Shown here: positions 9,012-18,478 of the stretch, piece by piece | Layout: the number at the start of each line of letters is the position of its first letter | Numbering within the stretch: position 1 is the first letter of the stretch | Made by a program: the position numbers and the translations under genes | From: Chthoniobacteraceae bacterium | GTDB lineage: Bacteria > Verrucomicrobiota > Verrucomicrobiia > Chthoniobacterales > Chthoniobacteraceae | Assembly: GCA_040081625.1 (NCBI GenBank) | Contig: JBEBGD010000041.1 | Location: forward strand, 1 to 41,756 | Reading direction: 5' to 3' | Length of the DNA: 41,756 bases | Notes under the pieces: generated by a model | What the model saw: the letters and a program-made list of their open reading frames with translations, nothing else | What the model was told of the DNA's origin: nothing | Databases searched by the model: none

Positions 9012-9196
9012 CTACTTCTGTCGGAAGGTATTTGTCCCCTTCGGCAGATTGCAGGGACTGCTTTCTAGCAGGACTTTGTCACCCGGCAAGACGCGATTGC
9101 AAAGAATGCTCATTTTTCCGGAGCCCCGGGCGGGATGAGCTGTGGGCAGTTTAGCAGAGGACATTGAATCGAATTCGAAACCGTCCGGTTTGCAAT
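9012..9196 (-). pseudogene. infA: Degenerate translation initiation factor IF-1 (infA) remnant
   Basis: Sits in the canonical map-infA-rpmJ slot. Translation KPDGFEFD..KLPTAH..SGKMSILCNRVLPGDKVLLESSPCNLPKGTNTFRQK resembles IF-1 (SGKMR..IRILPGDKV.VELSPYDL.KGRI.YR.K). It lacks an in-frame start at the expected position, the GxVxExLPN strand, and several conserved residues. Confidence 0.8.
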
Positions 9197-9961
9197 TTAT
9201 TTTGAGACCGCCCGCTCGCGCCAAGTCAGAATCTCCGGCTCGCCCTTTGTGACCAGAACCGTGTGTTCAAAATGGGCCGACGGCTTCCCATCAACGGTCA
9301 CTACTGTCCAGTCGTCGTCCAGCACACGCACGGCGGCTCCGCCCATGTTGACCATGGGTTCAATTGCGATAGTCATGCCCGGGCGGAGTTTCGGCCCGGT
9401 GCCGGGACGCCCGTAGTTCGGCACTTGCGGGTCCTCGTGGAGTTTGCGCCCGACCCCGTGTCCGACGAATTCACGCACTACACTGTATCCGTTGGCTACG
9501 ATCTCGTCCTCGATCGCAGCGCACAGGTCGCCGAGCCGGCGACCGGCGTGCGCGTGAGTAATGGCGAGTTCGAGAGTCTCCTCGGTTACTTGCAAGAGGC
9601 GCTGAACGCGCGGGTCGACCACGCCAACCGGCACTGTCGTCGCGGTGTCGCCAACCCAGCCTCTCAGACAAACCCCACAGTCGATCTTGACGATGTCACC
9701 ATATTGAATGCGTCGCGAACCGCCGATGCCGTGGACGACCTCTTCGTTGATCGAGATGCAGATGTGACCGGGGAATCTCCGGTAGCCAAGAAACGCACTG
9801 GTGCAGCCCTCTTCGGCCATGAAGTCCGCAGCGGCCTGATCGACGTCTCGAGTGCTGACACCCGGTCGGATCATAGCGCAAATCCGATTGAGCACCGCGC
9901 TCGCGGCCTTGCAAGCTAATCGCATCTTTTCGATCTCGCGATCGTTCTTGATCGGGATCAC
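9197..9961 (-). CDS. map: Methionine aminopeptidase type I
   Basis: CISINEEVVHGI, DCG, GDT, GHGVG..LHE, IEPM, SAHFEHT; GTG start just after the secY stop. Confidence 0.96.
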   Translation of the reverse strand: MIPIKNDREIEKMRLACKAASAVLNRICAMIRPGVSTRDVDQAAADFMAEEGCTSAFLGYRRFPGHICISINEEVVHGIGGSRRIQYGDIVKIDCGVCLRGWVGDTATTVPVGVVDPRVQRLLQVTEETLELAITHAHAGRRLGDLCAAIEDEIVANGYSVVREFVGHGVGRKLHEDPQVPNYGRPGTGPKLRPGMTIAIEPMVNMGGAAVRVLDDDWTVVTVDGKPSAHFEHTVLVTKGEPEILTWRERAVSK

Positions 9962-9962
9962 A

Positions 9963-11459
9963 TCAATGAAAGCGAGTGGCCAGCAACGCCGCCACTCCCG
10001 CAACAATCAATGCACCGATGGCGGCATAGAGCCAGATCAATGCGCTCTGTTGCACCGCTTCGCCACGGCCCGCCGGGGTCCGATCGAAACGCCCGCGGAT
10101 GCGACCCTTGCGGAGAAAACCGTCGTAGTGGCGCTGAATCAGGTGAGTCTCCACCTGCCGCATGGTGTCCAGCACTACACCCACAACGATCAGCAAACTC
10201 GTTCCCCCAAAGAACTGCGCCGCAATGTAAGGGACTTGCAACATTTCCGAGAGCATCTGCGGCAGAATTGCGATGATGGTCAGGAAGACCGCGCCCGCGA
10301 ATGTAAGACGTGTCATCGTGAAATCCAAAAAATCAGCCGTCGGTTTGCCCGGACGCACACCAGGGATATATCCCCCATACTTCTTCAAGTCGTCTGCGAT
10401 CTGCTGCGGCTGGAACTGAGTCGCCACCCAAAAGTAGCTGAAGAAGAATATCATCGCACCGTAAAGCGCATAATGAATCCAACCGTGCGTCAGTGCATCC
10501 GCAATCTTCTCCGCGGAATTTGAATGCAGCATCTTCACAATGGTCGACGGAAAAACGAGGATCGCTTGGGCAAAAATGATCGGCATCACACCAGCATAAT
10601 TGACCTTAAGCGGCATGTATTGCGTTTGGCCCCCAAATACCTTTCGACCTACCACTCGTTTTGCATACTGCACACTTACCTTGCGCTGTGCCTGCGTCAC
10701 GCAAATGACGCCCGCGATCACGAGCACGAGAAACGCAATCATCAATACCAACACCATTGGGTTGACCTGACTGGCCTTCCCCGCAGCGGGAACAAAGGTA
10801 TGCCACGCCTGAAGCATTCCGGCCGGCAATTGCGCGACAATCCCTGCCGCGATAATCACGGACATGCCATTACCCACTCCATGGTCCGTAAGCTGGTCAC
10901 CAATCCACATCAGAAACATGGTTCCGGCTGTCAATGTGAGCACAGTCAGCAAGCGAAACTTCAATCCCGGATCGAAGACAAGCGGGTTGTCAATCGTCAT
11001 GAACCTCTCAATGCCTCCGAGAAATGGGCTCTGCGCCGGGTTCTCAAAAGTCAGCGAGAGCAGATAGCCTTGAAAGAGGCATAGCGCTATCGTTGTGTAG
11101 CGCGTGTATTGCATGATGCGCTGACGCCCCCCATCCTCTTTCGCCAACTTGCTCAGTTGCGGAACGACAGCCGTGAGCAATTGAAGCATGATACTGGCGC
11201 TGATGTATGGCATCACGCCCAGCGACAGAATCGCGCAGTTCTCCAACGCACCACCGCTGAAAATGTTGAACAACGCGGCCACAGACCCCCCAGCGCTGGT
11301 GTTTATCTGGGAGTCAAACCACTGCTGAAGTAGCGCGGAGTTTATTCCAGGGCATGTGATTGCGGTCCCAACACGAAAGACCACCAGCATGGCCAAAGTG
11401 AACAAGATGCGCGAGCGGAGCTCGGGGATCTTAAAGCTGTTAGCAAAAGCTGAAATCAT
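9963..11459 (-). CDS. secY: Preprotein translocase SecY with C-terminal hydrophobic extension
   Basis: LGVMPYISASIMLQLL, GVGNGMS, PLKVNYAGVMPIIFA, YIPGVRPGKPT, GGTSLLIVVGV. Confidence 0.98.
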   Translation of the reverse strand: MISAFANSFKIPELRSRILFTLAMLVVFRVGTAITCPGINSALLQQWFDSQINTSAGGSVAALFNIFSGGALENCAILSLGVMPYISASIMLQLLTAVVPQLSKLAKEDGGRQRIMQYTRYTTIALCLFQGYLLSLTFENPAQSPFLGGIERFMTIDNPLVFDPGLKFRLLTVLTLTAGTMFLMWIGDQLTDHGVGNGMSVIIAAGIVAQLPAGMLQAWHTFVPAAGKASQVNPMVLVLMIAFLVLVIAGVICVTQAQRKVSVQYAKRVVGRKVFGGQTQYMPLKVNYAGVMPIIFAQAILVFPSTIVKMLHSNSAEKIADALTHGWIHYALYGAMIFFFSYFWVATQFQPQQIADDLKKYGGYIPGVRPGKPTADFLDFTMTRLTFAGAVFLTIIAILPQMLSEMLQVPYIAAQFFGGTSLLIVVGVVLDTMRQVETHLIQRHYDGFLRKGRIRGRFDRTPAGRGEAVQQSALIWLYAAIGALIVAGVAALLATRFH

Positions 11460-11537
11460 AGTTCGATACGCACTTCCTGCCGGCCCTGATGCACACCAAA
11501 TCTCACGGGTAGAATCTGACCGTCACGCGGCGTCCAG

Positions 11538-12005
11538 TCATTTGACAGGCTCAGCCTTCGCGGACAATTCTACGGATCCTCCAGCCTTTTCAATCTTCTC
11601 GCGAGCCGTGTCGCTGATGGCATCAAGCTTAATAATAAGCGCTTTGGAGGTTTCACCGTCTCCGAGCAGCTTTACGCCGTAGACAAGCCCGCGAATCAAT
11701 CGCACGTTGCGGAGCAATGCTTCGTCAATTACAGCGCCGGCATCGAATTGTTCAAGGTCGCCAATATTGACGATACCCCATGCTTTCTTGAAGGCAGTGT
11801 TGTTGAATCCGCGTTTCGGAATACGACGCAACAACGGCATCTGACCTCCTTCGAAACCAAGGCGGATGCTGCCACCCGAACGTGCCTTCTGACCTTTGTG
11901 GCCCCGGCCTGACGTCTTGCCATGCCCGCTGCTTTCGCCGCAGCCGACGCGCTTCCTTCTGTGTTTAGAACCGGGCGTTGGTTTAAGATTCGATAGTGTA
12001 AGCAT
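11538..12005 (-). CDS. rplO: 50S ribosomal protein L15
   Basis: GKTSGRGHKGQKARSG, GFEGGQMPL.RRIPKRGF. Confidence 0.98.
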   Translation of the reverse strand: MLTLSNLKPTPGSKHRRKRVGCGESSGHGKTSGRGHKGQKARSGGSIRLGFEGGQMPLLRRIPKRGFNNTAFKKAWGIVNIGDLEQFDAGAVIDEALLRNVRLIRGLVYGVKLLGDGETSKALIIKLDAISDTAREKIEKAGGSVELSAKAEPVK

Positions 12006-12021
12006 GGCAGTTAAATTACAA

Positions 12022-12567
12022 TTAGCTCAGTAAGATTGGCGCTTTTACCCGGATACCGCGAATGGCAAGAATTTCATCACGCAGACGGAGCTGCCCCAAA
12101 GCATCTAGCGTGGCTTTAACTACATTCGCGTGATTGTTAGAACCCAGTGACTTCGCGAGCACATCGCGAATTCCCGCAGCCTCAACCACTGCACGCACCC
12201 CACCACCAGCAATTACGCCAGTGCCAGGCGACGCAGGACGCAGCAGGACTCGACCGCCGCCGTGCTCACCGATGACTTCGTGAGGAATAGTATGTTCTCG
12301 AAGCGCCACCTTAACCATCGCCTTCCTTGCTGAATCACTCGCCTTGCGGATTGCCTCTGACACTTCGTTTGCCTTTCCGAAACCGCACCCGACGCGACCT
12401 TGGCGATCTCCAATCACGATAAGCGCACTGAAGCTAAAACGACGTCCCCCCTTTACGACTTTGGCGCAACGATTGATAAATACGACTTTCTCGGTCAGCG
12501 CGTCCTTCTCTGCGGATGCGGCTGATTGCGATTCTGGTCTGCGGCTACGGTTGTTGGGTGCTGCCAT
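12022..12567 (-). CDS. rpsE: 30S ribosomal protein S5
   Basis: [33 protein letters not shown]. Confidence 0.98.
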   Translation of the reverse strand: MAAPNNRSRRPESQSAASAEKDALTEKVVFINRCAKVVKGGRRFSFSALIVIGDRQGRVGCGFGKANEVSEAIRKASDSARKAMVKVALREHTIPHEVIGEHGGGRVLLRPASPGTGVIAGGGVRAVVEAAGIRDVLAKSLGSNNHANVVKATLDALGQLRLRDEILAIRGIRVKAPILLS

Positions 12568-12585
12568 GAAAATAGGGAAGTATGA

Positions 12586-12939
12586 TTAAAATAGGAGACC
12601 GCCCTCGCGAGCAGCATCAGCGAGCGCCTTGACCTTCCCATGGTAGCGAAAGCCGCCGCGGTCGAAGACCACGTTTGTGATTTTACTGCCCTTGGCTCGC
12701 TCGGCAAGAGTCGCTCCGACCCGTTGTGCAGTGGCAATATTCGCTTTGGAGCCTTCACGGAGCACTGCCTCGGTTGTGCTCACCGAGGTCAGCGTGCACC
12801 CTTTCTCATCGTCGATGATTTGGGCGTAGATGTGCATGCCGGAGAAGTGCACAGCAAGACGGGGACGTTCCGCGGTTCCGGCGATCCGCTTGCGGATCCG
12901 CTGGTGACGCATTGCTGTTTGTTTTTTACGAGACACCAT
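12586..12939 (-). CDS. rplR: 50S ribosomal protein L18
   Basis: [43 protein letters not shown]. Confidence 0.98.
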   Translation of the reverse strand: MVSRKKQTAMRHQRIRKRIAGTAERPRLAVHFSGMHIYAQIIDDEKGCTLTSVSTTEAVLREGSKANIATAQRVGATLAERAKGSKITNVVFDRGGFRYHGKVKALADAAREGGLLF

Positions 12940-12945
12940 GTGTGA

Positions 12946-13485
12946 TTACTGAACGGTTTTGCCTTCCTTACGAATTATCTGCTCTCCGACATATCGAACG
13001 CCTTTACCCTTGTAAGGTTCCGGCGGATAGTAGGCGCGGATATTTGCCGCTACTTGGCCGACTAACTGGCGGTCAATACCTTCTACGCGGATCTTGATGG
13101 CGTCGTTGACAGTGATTTTAATTCCCTCCGGAATCGGGAAAAGAATGTCGTGAGAATAGCCAAGGTTGAGCTTTAGCACTTTTCCCTGCAGAGCAGCCTT
13201 GAAACCCACACCTTGAATTTCAAGATCCTTTGAAAACCCTTCATTGACCCCTTGCACCATATTACTGATCAACGCACGCGCCAAGCCGTGCAATGCGCGC
13301 GCCCTTCGATCGTCCCCGCTGCGCTCAAAGGTAACCTGACTATTACTCACAGCACCCCTGATCTGCTTAGGCAGAGTATATTGCAATTTCCCCTTCGGAC
13401 CTTCAACCATAACCGCTCCGTCGGCAGCAAAATTGATTTTGACCTTTGCGGGAAGTTCGATGGGCTTTTTGCCTATGCGTGACAT
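12946..13485 (-). CDS. rplF: 50S ribosomal protein L6
   Basis: MSRIGKKPI, GVGFKA, PEPYKGKGVRY. Confidence 0.98.
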   Translation of the reverse strand: MSRIGKKPIELPAKVKINFAADGAVMVEGPKGKLQYTLPKQIRGAVSNSQVTFERSGDDRRARALHGLARALISNMVQGVNEGFSKDLEIQGVGFKAALQGKVLKLNLGYSHDILFPIPEGIKITVNDAIKIRVEGIDRQLVGQVAANIRAYYPPEPYKGKGVRYVGEQIIRKEGKTVQ

Positions 13486-13503
13486 GACGATTCTTTAGTT
13501 GAT

Positions 13504-13902
13504 TTACCAAATTGTGGCGAGGAGTTCGCCGCCGATGTTCTGTTTGCGGGCATCGCGGCCCGAAATCACGCCTTTCGGTGTCGAAAGGATTGAGACGCCC
13601 ATCCCACCGAGCACGCGCGGGATCTCATCAGCCCCGATGTATTTGCGAAGGCCGGGGCGGCTTACTCGTTTCAAGCCGGTAATGGCGGGGCTTTGGTTGA
13701 CATATTTGTTGGTAACCTTGATCTGCGGGAATCGCCCGGACGTCTCAATAACGTAGTCAGAGATGTAGCCCTCCTGCTTCAGGATTCGCGCAATCTCCGC
13801 CTTGATTCGCGAATAAGGGGCGGATGTCTCAAACTGCGCAGCCCGGGTGCTGTTCCGCAATCGAGTCAGGAAGTCAGCAATTGGGTCGGAGATCTGGCTC
13901 AT
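13504..13902 (-). CDS. rpsH: 30S ribosomal protein S8
   Basis: DPIADFLTRLRN, SRPGLRKY, STPKGV; overlaps the rplE stop (ATGA). Confidence 0.98.
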   Translation of the reverse strand: MSQISDPIADFLTRLRNSTRAAQFETSAPYSRIKAEIARILKQEGYISDYVIETSGRFPQIKVTNKYVNQSPAITGLKRVSRPGLRKYIGADEIPRVLGGMGVSILSTPKGVISGRDARKQNIGGELLATIW

Positions 13903-14495
13903 GATAGTTGGGCGGCAGTTCCCGCCGGGACGACCTGCGGGCGTTTGAGTTTATCACTAAAGGGCATCCCAAGCTCGGCAAGCAGGGACTTTGCTTCCAA
14001 GTCGTTCGTCGCAGTGGTCACTATAGTCACGTCGAAGCCGATGGTGCGCTTGATTTTGTCCAACTCGATCTCTGGGAATATCGTCTGGTCGGAGATTCCG
14101 AGGGTGTAATTACCATTCCCGTCGAATGCTCGAGGTGAGACTCCACGAAAGTCACGGATGCGCGGAAGTCCCATCTTGATGAGTCGCTCAAGGAACTCAT
14201 ACATGCGAGCACCGCGGAGGGTCACTTTCGCGCCAATCGCCTGATCCTGACGGAGTTTGAAGTTGGCTATGCTCTTCTTAGCGCGCGTTTCTGCCGGTTT
14301 CTGGCCGGTAATCGTCGTCAACTCAGCTTTCACGTCCTCAAGCGCCTGCTTGTGGTCGCTAAGGCTCGCGCTCACACACGAATTGAGCACGACCTTCTCG
14401 ATCCTCGGAACCTGATACAGATTCTTATAGAAGTGCTTCTCGCGTAGAGCGGGCACAACCGTCTGCTTGTAGTATTCGTAGATTTCGACGGCCAT
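13899..14495 (-). CDS. rplE: 50S ribosomal protein L5
   Basis: KKSIANFKLR, KVTLRG, LPRIRDFRG, FDGNGNY. Confidence 0.98.
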   Translation of the reverse strand: MAVEIYEYYKQTVVPALREKHFYKNLYQVPRIEKVVLNSCVSASLSDHKQALEDVKAELTTITGQKPAETRAKKSIANFKLRQDQAIGAKVTLRGARMYEFLERLIKMGLPRIRDFRGVSPRAFDGNGNYTLGISDQTIFPEIELDKIKRTIGFDVTIVTTATNDLEAKSLLAELGMPFSDKLKRPQVVPAGTAAQLS

Positions 14496-14497
14496 AA

Positions 14498-14776
14498 TTA
14501 TCTGGGTTTGGATCGGGCAGGAGTTTTAACCTCAGGCCTCTCAATCAGCTTGACATTACTAACGTGAATAGGGCCCTCACGCTCAACGATACCGCCATTT
14601 GGATGCTCCTGCGAACGGCGGACATGCTTTTTGATCAGACGGACACCTTCGATGATGATTTGCGCCTTTTTCGTAATAACCTGAAGAATTTTTCCGCGCG
14701 AACCTTTGTGATTGCCGCTAATTACCTGAACCAGGTCGCCGCGTCTGACGTGAAAACTTCGCTTATTCGTCTTCAT
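14498..14776 (-). CDS. rplX: 50S ribosomal protein L24
   Basis: RRGDLVQVISG, GGIVEREGPIHVSNV; ATG 14776 preferred over TTG 14779. Confidence 0.96.
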   Translation of the reverse strand: MKTNKRSFHVRRGDLVQVISGNHKGSRGKILQVITKKAQIIIEGVRLIKKHVRRSQEHPNGGIVEREGPIHVSNVKLIERPEVKTPARSKPR

Positions 14777-14779
14777 CAA

Positions 14780-15148
14780 TTAGAGAACTTCCGGAGCCAG
14801 ACTTATAATCTTCATAAAATTCTTATCCCGCAGTTCCCGAGCGACGGGCCCGAAGATTCGCGTGCCCCGCGGGTTAAGATCCTTGTCGATGATAACGATA
14901 GCATTCCGATCAAACCGAAGGTAACTTCCGTCGTCACGCCGAATCGCATATCGAGTACGGACGATAACCGCACGGACGACTTCACCTTTCTTAATCTGTC
15001 CGCCGGGCGCTGCCTCACGGACATGAGCCGTGATTACGTCGCCAATTCCGGCTTCGAGTTTATTTTTTTTCCCGATGACACCGATCATCTTTGCCATACG
15101 GGCACCTGTATTGTCGGCGACATCAAGTCTGGAGCGAATCTGGACCAT
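14780..15148 (-). CDS. rplN: 50S ribosomal protein L14
   Basis: [30 protein letters not shown]. Confidence 0.98.
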   Translation of the reverse strand: MVQIRSRLDVADNTGARMAKMIGVIGKKNKLEAGIGDVITAHVREAAPGGQIKKGEVVRAVIVRTRYAIRRDDGSYLRFDRNAIVIIDKDLNPRGTRIFGPVARELRDKNFMKIISLAPEVL

Positions 15149-15168
15149 AAGTGGGTAAGGAAGCTACT

Positions 15169-15459
15169 CTAGTGTTTAATGATTTCAAGAAGCCGCCAAC
15201 GTTTTAGCTTACTTAGTGGTCGAGTCTCGGAGATGCGGACGGTGTCTCCAAGTTGAGCCTTGCATTCTTCGTCGTGGACGTAAAAGCGCTTCCGATGTTT
15301 GATGATCTTGCCATAATGAGGATGCGGAACCCGCGTGATGGTCTCGACCACGCAAGTCTTCTGCATTTTGACTGAGACGACCTGTCCGATGCGTTCTTTG
15401 CGCAACCCACGTTTGAGGGCGGTGACGGAATTGGTGATTGTTTCTATAGCGTCAGACAT
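15169..15459 (-). CDS. rpsQ: 30S ribosomal protein S17
   Basis: [25 protein letters not shown]. Confidence 0.97.
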   Translation of the reverse strand: MSDAIETITNSVTALKRGLRKERIGQVVSVKMQKTCVVETITRVPHPHYGKIIKHRKRFYVHDEECKAQLGDTVRISETRPLSKLKRWRLLEIIKH

Positions 15460-15464
15460 CGTGA

Positions 15465-15695
15465 TTACTTGGTGGCGGCAGCGGCGGCAACTGACTCATG
15501 CTGGGCAGCAATCTGACGCTCGCGGAGGATTGTTAGAATCCGGGCTACTTCCTTGCGGTGCACCCTGATCAGGTGAGGCTTCTCCAACTGCCCGCTGGCC
15601 TGCTGGATGCGGAGGTGAAAGATCTCATCTTTGAGTTCTCGGACGCGGGCTGTCAGTTCAATGGCGCTGAGTTCGCGCAGTTCGTTAGGTTTCAT
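15465..15695 (-). CDS. rpmC: 50S ribosomal protein L29
   Basis: [24 protein letters not shown]; operon position. Confidence 0.96.
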   Translation of the reverse strand: MKPNELRELSAIELTARVRELKDEIFHLRIQQASGQLEKPHLIRVHRKEVARILTILRERQIAAQHESVAAAAATK

Positions 15696-15707
15696 CTCGG
15701 AGTTAAG

Positions 15708-16130
15708 TTAGACGGCAGCGCGATGCCGCGCGAGAAATTTTGTCCGGACGGGCAGTTTGTCGGCTGCGAGTCGCAGCGACTCGCGGGCGACCGACTCAGG
15801 GACTCCATCAAGTTCGAAGAGGATGTTTCCCGGACGGACGGTGGCCACCCAGTATTCAGGAGCGCCTTTTCCCTTGCCCATTCGGGTCTCAGGCGGGCGC
15901 GCGGTAACCGACTTGTCGGGAAAGATGCGAATCCAGAGCTTGCCCTTGCGCTTCATGTTGCGGGTAAGGGCAACGCGCGCCGCTTCGATCTGCGTGTTGG
16001 TGATCCAGGCTCGCTCAAGCGTCTGCAGGGCGAAGGCACCGAAGTCGATGTTGATGTTGCGTGAGGCGTTGCCGGCGCGACTGCCGCGCTGGCTCTTGCG
16101 ATACTTCACACGCTTGGGCATCAAAGGCAT
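15708..16130 (-). CDS. rplP: 50S ribosomal protein L16
   Basis: [31 protein letters not shown]. Confidence 0.98.
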   Translation of the reverse strand: MPLMPKRVKYRKSQRGSRAGNASRNINIDFGAFALQTLERAWITNTQIEAARVALTRNMKRKGKLWIRIFPDKSVTARPPETRMGKGKGAPEYWVATVRPGNILFELDGVPESVARESLRLAADKLPVRTKFLARHRAAV

Positions 16131-16148
16131 GGGGCGTTTTCCTTGTGG

Positions 16149-16832
16149 TTAGCTGACGGCGGCAATGCCACCGGCGGTTTCGGGTTTTGCTTCCGAGGCT
16201 ATGGCGACCTCTTGCTTCTTGCAGACCCAGCACTTGACGCCAATGATTCCATAGGTCGTTCGAGCCTCTGCGAAACCATAATCAATCGCGGTGCGCAGTG
16301 TGTGCAGCGGGATCTTACCTTCGCGATACCATTCCGCGCGGCTGATTTCCGCGCCCCCAAGGCGACCGGCACAACGCAGTTTGATGCCGTCGGCACCCAT
16401 TTCCATTGTCGTCTGGATCGACTTCTTCATCGCGCGACGGAAGCTAATCCGGCGCTCGATCTGCATGGCCACATTTTCGGCAACCAGTTGCGCGTCGAGT
16501 TCCGGCGTCTTGATCTCCTGAATGTCAATCTTGACCTGCTTACCGCCAGCCATCTTGGAAATGTCGTCGGTCATCTTCTCGATCTCGGCACCTTTGCGGC
16601 CGATTACGACGCCAGGACGCGCGGTGAAAATTGTCACACGGATGCTATTCCACGCGCGCTCAATCACGACCTTCGAAACGGCTGCTTGCTTGAGTTTGTC
16701 TTTCACGTAGCGACGAATTTCGACGTCGGATCTGAGAAACTCAGGCATTTCCTTAACCGTGGCGAACCAGCGCGAACGCCAGTCGCGATTGACTGCAAGA
16801 CGGTAGCCGATGGGGTTGACTTTCTGGCCCAT
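16149..16832 (-). CDS. rpsC: 30S ribosomal protein S3
   Basis: [37 protein letters not shown]. Confidence 0.98.
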   Translation of the reverse strand: MGQKVNPIGYRLAVNRDWRSRWFATVKEMPEFLRSDVEIRRYVKDKLKQAAVSKVVIERAWNSIRVTIFTARPGVVIGRKGAEIEKMTDDISKMAGGKQVKIDIQEIKTPELDAQLVAENVAMQIERRISFRRAMKKSIQTTMEMGADGIKLRCAGRLGGAEISRAEWYREGKIPLHTLRTAIDYGFAEARTTYGIIGVKCWVCKKQEVAIASEAKPETAGGIAAVS

Positions 16833-16835
16833 AAA

Positions 16836-17330
16836 TCAGGAGTTTGCTTCGGACGAAGGGGTCACCTCCGCAGGTTCAGCTACGGCAGGCGTGGCTTTGG
16901 ATTTCTTCGTAGCGCCGCCCTTTGGGCGGAACTTCTTCGACTTGTCTTTCGGGAGTCTCGACTCTGCGCGAGCACGGGTGCGCCGCGGCAGACTTTCGAG
17001 GTCGTCAGTCAGCGTGATCTTGATATGCGAACTCCGCTTGAGGATCGGGTGGGCACTTCCGCGAGCGACCGGTTGAAAACGTTTCATCGTGGGACCCTCA
17101 CCGACAACAGCCTCCTGCACAATGAGCGAGTCGGCGCGCAGGTTATTGTTGTTCTCTGCGTTCGCGATCGCGCTCTTTAGGGTCTTGAGCACGAGTTGGG
17201 CGGCCTTCTTGGGGGTGAAGGTTAGCAGGTCCACGGCGGCACCGGCGGGAAGACCTTGAATCGCATGCGTGACTTCCCGGCATTTGAATGCCGAGATGCG
17301 TGCACCTCGATAGATGGATCGGACTTGCAT
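16836..17330 (-). CDS. rplV: 50S ribosomal protein L22 with ~55 aa C-terminal extension
   Basis: LKSAIANAENN, ARGSAHPILKRSSHI; start placed at ATG 17330 (MQVRS). Confidence 0.96.
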   Translation of the reverse strand: MQVRSIYRGARISAFKCREVTHAIQGLPAGAAVDLLTFTPKKAAQLVLKTLKSAIANAENNNNLRADSLIVQEAVVGEGPTMKRFQPVARGSAHPILKRSSHIKITLTDDLESLPRRTRARAESRLPKDKSKKFRPKGGATKKSKATPAVAEPAEVTPSSEANS

Positions 17331-17358
17331 GTTGTTGATTGGTTTTTGGGAAAAGGAC

Positions 17359-18162
17359 TTAGCGGTCAGCGATAACCTTGAGGTGGTCGCCAACGTGAAT
17401 TTTGTCTACTTCTGAACGGAGATCTTGAATGACTGCACCGGCGATTCTTTCGCGGACATCGACGATTCGGACGGTAGCGATTTCGACTTCGCCTCGGACG
17501 ACTTTGAATGGCATCCCGGCTCGGACCCCGTGCTGGCGGCCCACATTGGCTACTACGAGCGCGAGGTCGTCTTTTGTCGCGATGACCATTCCGGCGATGA
17601 GTGAGCCCGCCGCTGGCACACCTTCAGCAGGTGCGATGAGCAAGCCACTAAGCGCCTTCGATGCATCGCGCGTCGCGGTCTCGAGCGCAAGCCGAACTTC
17701 GGCGTCGGTAGTGGTTGCAGCTTTCTGATAGCGCAACACGGCCTCGGTTAGTTCGATAAGCGCGCTTCGCAATGCGCTCCGATCGTCCTCGGCGAGGCGC
17801 AGGTCGCTGACAGCCTTTAGCAGTCTCTGCTCGAGTCGACTGGTATCGCCCGCAGAGTCCAGGCCCAACGCTTCGAATCGGAGGATCAACTCGGATACTT
17901 TGCGTTTGAGCACTTCAGCCTCGGTGTTGGTCACTGCCAGATTTCTTTGGAGTCCACCCACCGAGTCCCCGGATTGCTGGAGCTTTTGCCGCAATTGCGC
18001 GTTTTCACGCAATAACGCCTCTAGCGCCGTCTTCGTTTCCGAGGATTCGATCTCTTGTTCAGTCAAAGAACTGGCCGGTTGCCCTGAGAGCCTTGAGGCC
18101 CACGGAGTCACCAGCGCAAAGGTCGCCGCGATCATCGCGACGGTCAGCTTTGTCGGTTTCAT
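17359..18162 (-). CDS. Hypothetical exported protein (signal peptide, long coiled coil, C-terminal small beta domain, FlgT-C-like) inserted in the S10 operon
   Basis: 267 aa ORF co-oriented between rpsS and rplV with 28-nt gaps on both sides. N-terminus MKPTKLTVAMIAATFALV; heptad-rich middle; C-terminus VVANVGRQHGVRAGMPFKVVR..IHVGD. Confidence 0.85.
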   Translation of the reverse strand: MKPTKLTVAMIAATFALVTPWASRLSGQPASSLTEQEIESSETKTALEALLRENAQLRQKLQQSGDSVGGLQRNLAVTNTEAEVLKRKVSELILRFEALGLDSAGDTSRLEQRLLKAVSDLRLAEDDRSALRSALIELTEAVLRYQKAATTTDAEVRLALETATRDASKALSGLLIAPAEGVPAAGSLIAGMVIATKDDLALVVANVGRQHGVRAGMPFKVVRGEVEIATVRIVDVRERIAGAVIQDLRSEVDKIHVGDHLKVIADR

Positions 18163-18190
18163 GCGACTGGCTGCCCGTGCGGGATCGGAC

Positions 18191-18469
18191 TTACTTGGCG
18201 ACCTTCGCCGTATGGGAGCCGTGCTTCTTGAAGATTCGCGTTGGCGAAAACTCCCCGAGCTTGTGGCCCACCATGTTCTCGGTCACATAGACCGAGTTAA
18301 AGATTTTGCCGTTGTGGACGAGGAACGTGTGTCCCACGAAATCCGGCGTGATTGTCGAGCGGCGCGACCAGGTTTTGATCGGCTTCTTGGTGCCCGCCGC
18401 GTTCTGTTTCTCGATTTTCTCGAGCACATGAAGTTCGACGAACGGGCCCTTCTTGAGTGAGCGTCCCAT
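18191..18469 (-). CDS. rpsS: 30S ribosomal protein S19
   Basis: [28 protein letters not shown]. Confidence 0.98.
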   Translation of the reverse strand: MGRSLKKGPFVELHVLEKIEKQNAAGTKKPIKTWSRRSTITPDFVGHTFLVHNGKIFNSVYVTENMVGHKLGEFSPTRIFKKHGSHTAKVAK

Positions 18470-18478
18470 GGCGAATGA

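Noticed and set aside
11460..11537. 78-nt rplO-secY spacer as a small ORF or regulatory RNA
   Set aside because: I found no convincing ORF, stem or promoter by eye.
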